NCBI GenBank assembly: GCA_041659045.1
Contig: JBAZZB010000001.1
Span: 198,111-262,110 of the forward strand
DNA from: Patescibacteria group bacterium
GTDB lineage: Bacteria; Patescibacteriota; Patescibacteriia; SG8-24; DYFX01
Direction: 5' to 3'
DNA: 64,000 bases
Position numbers and translations under genes: made by a program. Positions 60,023 to 64,000 of the stretch are shown here, piece after piece. How positions within the stretch are numbered: the first letter of the stretch is position 1; each line of letters opens with the position of its first letter. Below the pieces are notes generated by a model. The model was not told the DNA's origin. It searched no databases and saw only the letters and a list, made by a program, of their open reading frames with translations.

Positions 60023-60801
60023 AAGAACTCCGACGCTTTCCGGTTCCGGCGAGCGCTCTTGAGACTGGTCGTGAACGGTTGCGTATCGTCATGGCGGAAT
60101 TGCCGTTCGTGCCGGGGACGAGCCGTCGATTCGGCATTTTTATCTGGAAGCCTGCCATGACCTTCGCGTTGGTGTGTGTGCTTGTGCTTTCAAGCGGGGG
60201 AGTCGTCATGGCTTCTCGAGGCGCTGTTCCTGGCGAACGTTTGTACCCGGTGAAACTCGTTTCCGAGGGCGTCCAAGAGCGTCTGGCAGTTTCGCCTGCG
60301 CGGAAGTTTACGGTACAAGCCGCGCACGCCGCGCATCGTTTGGAAGAGACGGAAAAACTTATCGTCAACAAGAAATTGATCGAAGAGGATCGTGACGAGC
60401 GCATCCAAACTGCCTTGCAAGGTTATGAAGATCACCTTTTCACGATGAGTGCGCTTGCGGTGCGCTTGTCCGTAGATCCGCCAAAGCTGAAAGCGGGTGA
60501 CCGCGCGCTCCAGGCCGCTGAGCGTATGTTCGACCGGCACGCCGAGCTTGTCGATTCGGCGACCGTCACCCAACTCGTCTTGGCCGAAGCGGTGCTTGAA
60601 CCTATCGACATGACGCTTGATTTGCAGAACGAAGTGCTTGAGGCCAGGATGAATCGTGGTCGAGAGCGAGGTGACGAAAAAGACCACGACGAGCTCGAGG
60701 AACGTCATCATGTGCGCTCCGAAAAAATTCAAAAGCGTTTGAGAACGTTCCAGTTTGAGCTTGAAGCCGTAAAAACACTTGAAAACATTCCAAAAAAGTG
60801 A
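59998..60801 (+). CDS. putative anti-sigma factor / DUF5667-like membrane protein
   Basis: Overlaps the sigma gene by 25 nt; single TM (MTFALVCVLVLSSGGVVMA) then an extracytoplasmic helical domain; call by position and architecture only. Confidence 0.4.
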   Translation: MSCNPRELKELRRFPVPASALETGRERLRIVMAELPFVPGTSRRFGIFIWKPAMTFALVCVLVLSSGGVVMASRGAVPGERLYPVKLVSEGVQERLAVSPARKFTVQAAHAAHRLEETEKLIVNKKLIEEDRDERIQTALQGYEDHLFTMSALAVRLSVDPPKLKAGDRALQAAERMFDRHAELVDSATVTQLVLAEAVLEPIDMTLDLQNEVLEARMNRGRERGDEKDHDELEERHHVRSEKIQKRLRTFQFELEAVKTLENIPKK

Positions 60802-60818
60802 TATACTTTCTCCGGAAT

Positions 60819-61520
60819 ATGCCGGAAAAAGTTTTATCTTTGAAAGCCGTCCTCGCGTCATCCGCCCTGTTTTTCTTGTTGGCCTCGCCGGCCGACGCTT
60901 TTCAGCCTTCCACATTCGATACGGACGGGGATGGCTATGATGATGCGACCGAAATGGCATTCGGCTATACGCCGTACGGCGTAGGTCGCTTGGATACGAA
61001 CGATGCGGACAGCGACCATCTTTCAGATGGCGATGAGATTATTTTTGGAACCGACCCGCTGTTGCAGGATTCGGACCATGACGGCTACGAAGACGGTGTT
61101 GAAGTAAAATCGGGCTACGATCCTGCCAGGGGCAATGAAGCGCGACTCAAGAAACGCATCGTTATTACGCTCGCGTCACAGACGTTGACGTATTCGATTG
61201 GTCCGAAAAAAATTGAAACATTCTCCGTTTCAACCGGACGTCCTGGTCGCCCAACGCCGATTGGAACGTTCACGATTCGCGACAAAATGCCGAGGGCGTG
61301 GTCGCGGAGCGCTAAGCTCTGGATGCCATATTGGATGCCGTTTATCGGTACGACGTATGGCCTGCATGAGCTGCCCGAGTGGCCAGGAGGCAAAAAGGAG
61401 GGCGAGGACCACCTCGGCACGCCGGTTTCTGGCGGCTGCGTCCGTTTAGGTGTCGGACCCGCGAAAACACTCTACGAGTGGGCTGAGGTCGGTACGGAAG
61501 TCACGATTTCAAAAACCTGA
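60819..61520 (+). CDS. L,D-transpeptidase (YkuD domain) with N-terminal Asp-rich calcium-binding-like repeats
   Basis: Signal peptide MPEKVLSLKAVLASSALFFLLASPADA; three D-x-D-x-D-G repeats (DTDGDGYDD, DADSDHLSDGDE, DSDHDGYEDG); YkuD catalytic region HELPEWPGG...GTPVSGGCVRL (His/Cys). Confidence 0.75.
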   Translation: MPEKVLSLKAVLASSALFFLLASPADAFQPSTFDTDGDGYDDATEMAFGYTPYGVGRLDTNDADSDHLSDGDEIIFGTDPLLQDSDHDGYEDGVEVKSGYDPARGNEARLKKRIVITLASQTLTYSIGPKKIETFSVSTGRPGRPTPIGTFTIRDKMPRAWSRSAKLWMPYWMPFIGTTYGLHELPEWPGGKKEGEDHLGTPVSGGCVRLGVGPAKTLYEWAEVGTEVTISKT

Positions 61521-61523
61521 GGC

Positions 61524-62045
61524 ATGAAAAAAATTCTGTTGGACGAAAAAGAAATCGGTCTTGATGGAATGGATTTTCCGATTCTGATTCATGGAAGCGA
61601 CGGCTCAGGTGCCTCACTGTACACGATTTCGCTGGCTGCGGCTGCTCATGCGGAGGGTGAAAATCTGCTTTTTCTTTGCGGATTCCCGATGGCCGAGAAA
61701 GAATTCGATACGCAGGTTGGCGCGTCACATCCGCGCGCGCACTTTTTTACCAAAGAACATCTTGAAGAATTTAAGGCACGTTTGGAAAGTACGGAGCAAA
61801 ACGTTCTCTTCGTAAAAAACGCGGAGCTGTTTGATGAGGATTTGATCAACTCGGTCGTGCGTCACCAGCGCGCCGTCATTTCGGGGGATATTGAACGCTG
61901 TGCGGCGAAGGCTCTGCTTCTTGCTGCGCAATTTCCGACGAGAATTCTTTTTTCAAAGCTTGGGACGGAAGATGTTCCGGAACTTCAAAAATATCAAGCT
62001 TTTTATACCGGGAGCGGACGGAACGGTCTGACTTCACTCGCTTGA
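61524..62045 (+). CDS. hypothetical protein with a degenerate P-loop-like motif
   Basis: 173 aa; ILIHGSDGSGASLYTISLAAAA resembles a Walker A lacking the Lys; stop overlaps the start of the HD gene. Confidence 0.35.
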   Translation: MKKILLDEKEIGLDGMDFPILIHGSDGSGASLYTISLAAAAHAEGENLLFLCGFPMAEKEFDTQVGASHPRAHFFTKEHLEEFKARLESTEQNVLFVKNAELFDEDLINSVVRHQRAVISGDIERCAAKALLLAAQFPTRILFSKLGTEDVPELQKYQAFYTGSGRNGLTSLA

Positions 62046-63379
62046 CGCTGTCTATGTACGAGCTGCGCGACCCCATCCACCAAACGATTGATTTTGATGA
62101 GCGCGAAAAAGCGGTTATCGATCACCCTGTTTTTCAGCGCATGCGCTACGTGCGACAGCTGGGGTTGTCGTATCTGGTCTATCCTGGATCGACGCACGAT
62201 CGCTTCAGTCACATGCTGGGCGCCATGCACATTGCGGGACGCGTCTGGGATAACATCGCGAGAGTCAGCGCGGACGTGCTCACTCCGATGTATACCAAGC
62301 GCGATCTCACGTACTTCCGTACGATTCTTCGTTTCGCTGCCTTGCTCCACGACGTTGGTCATGCGCCATTTTCGCACGTTTCCGAAAAATTAATGCCGAA
62401 GTTCTCCGCGCTTGAAACGCCGCGGGAATGGTATCGCGCGTATGATCTTGATGCTCCAGCGGAGCACGAAGATTATTCGGTCATGATGATTGCGGCGCTT
62501 GGGCGCGATCGCTCCGTGCCGATCGAGCCGTACATGGCACAGGATATCGCTTCGCTTTTGCATCACGGCATCAAACCATCGGCGCGCTGGAATAAAAAAT
62601 ACGGCGGCAAGAAAGGCGCAATCCACGATCTGCTCAGCTCGCTTATTTCTGGCGAGCTGGATGTCGATCGTATGGACTACTTGATGCGCGATGCCTACTT
62701 CACGGGAGTGGCGTACGGTTTCTACGACATGGATCATCTGATTCGAAACCTCGGCGTCACGCTCCTGAACGGACGTCCGACGCTGACAATCGACTCGACA
62801 GCGATGCGCGCTTTTGAGGATTTTCTCCTCGCGCGCTACCACATGTTCCTCCAGGTCTATCATCACAAGACGACCAACGGTTTTGATCATTTCTTGAAAC
62901 AGGCTTTCATGCGACGCGAGGTTCAGATCCATGTGCCTGGCACGGTTGCCGGCTATTTGGAAATGCGCGACAGTACGTTTCTTGAAGCGCTGTTCATGGC
63001 GGCGAAAGATCCCAAAAACGTCTGGTCACGACGCTTCGCAGAACGTGAGCCGGCCAAGCGGCTCTTCACGGCAAGTGGTGATCATCCGGAGTCGCGCGTC
63101 ACCATGCGAAAGCTGCGCAAGACGCTGACGAAAGCGGGCGTGCCTTTTTTCACCATCAACTCACATCAGTATCTTTCCAAGCTCGATGCCTTCCGCAAGT
63201 TTAAGAAAGCGGGGGACGCACGCATGTATGTGCGCGAGAAGTCCCTTAGTCGGAAAATCTACACGCCCGTCGAGCACTACAGCGCGCTTCTCAAGAAGTA
63301 CAACGAGGTCATTGATATCGTGAACCTCTACGTCTTGCCTGAGCACGAAGCGAAAGCGTTGAAAGCGATTGGGATGTAA
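62042..63379 (+). CDS. HD-domain phosphohydrolase, dGTPase/dNTP triphosphohydrolase-like
   Basis: 445 aa; N-terminal DPIHQTIDFDEREKAVIDHPVFQRMRYVRQLG...HDRFSHMLG and second HD motif LLHDVGHAPFSH match the Dgt/SAMHD1-type HD family. Confidence 0.7.
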   Translation: MTLSMYELRDPIHQTIDFDEREKAVIDHPVFQRMRYVRQLGLSYLVYPGSTHDRFSHMLGAMHIAGRVWDNIARVSADVLTPMYTKRDLTYFRTILRFAALLHDVGHAPFSHVSEKLMPKFSALETPREWYRAYDLDAPAEHEDYSVMMIAALGRDRSVPIEPYMAQDIASLLHHGIKPSARWNKKYGGKKGAIHDLLSSLISGELDVDRMDYLMRDAYFTGVAYGFYDMDHLIRNLGVTLLNGRPTLTIDSTAMRAFEDFLLARYHMFLQVYHHKTTNGFDHFLKQAFMRREVQIHVPGTVAGYLEMRDSTFLEALFMAAKDPKNVWSRRFAEREPAKRLFTASGDHPESRVTMRKLRKTLTKAGVPFFTINSHQYLSKLDAFRKFKKAGDARMYVREKSLSRKIYTPVEHYSALLKKYNEVIDIVNLYVLPEHEAKALKAIGM

Positions 63380-63450
63380 GGCTGGACACGTCATTCGCGA
63401 ATGACGTGTCTGGACACGGAGCGTTTTGCGTGCTAGAGTCGCGTATCACT

Positions 63451-64000
63451 ATGAACCTCGTAAAGCTCGCCAGCGCATTGGAAGGCCAACCGGCCTATCG
63501 CGTCGCCCAGGCGGCGGAACTCGTGTTTCGCGGCCTGATTTCCGATTGGGACGAGGCGACGTCGCTCTCCAAGGATCTGCGCGCCAAGCTGAAGGCAGAG
63601 GTGGTAATTTCGAGTGTCGAAAGCGTACGATCTTCCGCATCGATGAAGGGGGATACTCAAAAGGAAGCGCTTCGGCTGCATGACGGACAAATCATTGAAA
63701 CGGTGCTCATGCGCCATGAGGATGAGCGTGCGACGGTCTGCGTGTCGTCTCAGGCCGGGTGTCCCATGGCCTGTGCTTTTTGCGCGACGGGTACGCTCGG
63801 TTTGAAACGCAACCTCACGTCCGAAGAAATTATCGATCAGGTGCTGCACTTTGCGCGCCGTTTGAAAAAAGAAGGTGAGGCGGTCACGAACGTCGTCTTG
63901 ATGGGAATGGGCGAGCCGCTTCACAACTACGATAACGTCATGGAGGCGCTCAAATCGCTCAACGATCCGAAGGGATTCGGTTTTGGCGCGCGACGTATGT
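63451..64000 (+). CDS. rlmN: 23S rRNA (adenine2503-C2)-methyltransferase, radical SAM (5' partial, runs off the window)
   Basis: MNLVKLASALEGQPAYRVAQAAELVFRG N-terminus and radical SAM motif CVSSQAGCPMACAFCATG; no stop before the window end. Confidence 0.8.
   Translation, partial: MNLVKLASALEGQPAYRVAQAAELVFRGLISDWDEATSLSKDLRAKLKAEVVISSVESVRSSASMKGDTQKEALRLHDGQIIETVLMRHEDERATVCVSSQAGCPMACAFCATGTLGLKRNLTSEEIIDQVLHFARRLKKEGEAVTNVVLMGMGEPLHNYDNVMEALKSLNDPKGFGFGARRM

Noticed and set aside
63385-63410. 26-bp palindrome as an intrinsic terminator for the HD gene
   Set aside because: No downstream U-tract; kept as a candidate operator or RNA structure instead.

Overview
This 64-kb window comes from a high-GC (about 58-60 % by eye), gene-dense bacterial genome. 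Adjacent genes frequently overlap by 4 nt (ATGA) or abut, and Shine-Dalgarno sites are mixed strong and absent. I found no rRNA, tRNA, CRISPR array or clear mobile element. Housekeeping genes (glyA, murC, murB, hpf, secA, secDF, an ECF sigma operon, rlmN) flank a surface-glycan island of roughly 45 kb (about 1.7-49.9 kb), with murB, hpf, secA and one EEP gene interleaved at 32.2-37.2 kb. The island encodes Wzx/Wzy-type machinery: a WbaP-like initiating phosphotransferase, a Wzx flippase and a Wzy_C/O-antigen-ligase-like protein. It also holds at least nine glycosyltransferases, including a tandem double-GT4 and a GT4 fused to a polytopic GT-C-like membrane domain. A nine-gene, translationally coupled minus-strand operon (11976-19812) encodes WbpB/WbpD/WbpE-like 3-keto/amino/N-acetyl chemistry, a sugar N-formyltransferase, a deacetylase-like protein and, unusually, a split ATP-citrate-lyase-like trio (SucC-like, SucD-like, small citrate-synthase-like). 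Further genes are an AsnB/WbpG-like amidotransferase, several SAM methyltransferases, a TylC3-type C-methyltransferase, and a CMP-(non)ulosonic acid module (GmhA-type SIS isomerase, KdsC-like phosphatase, NeuA-like cytidylyltransferase, NeuB-like synthase lacking the SAF domain, SDRs, TIM-barrel isomerase, B12-dependent radical SAM enzyme). Several island genes have visibly much higher third-codon-position GC than their neighbours, suggesting mosaic acquisition. Outside the island, SecD carries an inserted parvulin (PpiC) PPIase domain. A strong terminator after secF is followed by an unannotated two-gene unit: a membrane-anchored 439-aa protein plus an FtsK/HerA/TraD-superfamily ATPase with a C-terminal zinc ribbon and a Pro/Ala-rich tail. 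There is also a nucleotide-pool cluster (P-loop kinase-like, NT5C-like deoxyribonucleotidase, HD-domain dNTP triphosphohydrolase-like). I propose two near-leaderless TTGACG-type promoters, and I note a recurring CCATTTTAAAG upstream motif and a perfect 26-bp palindrome before rlmN. All coordinates and calls are from manual reading of the sequence and the ORF track; no database searches were run.
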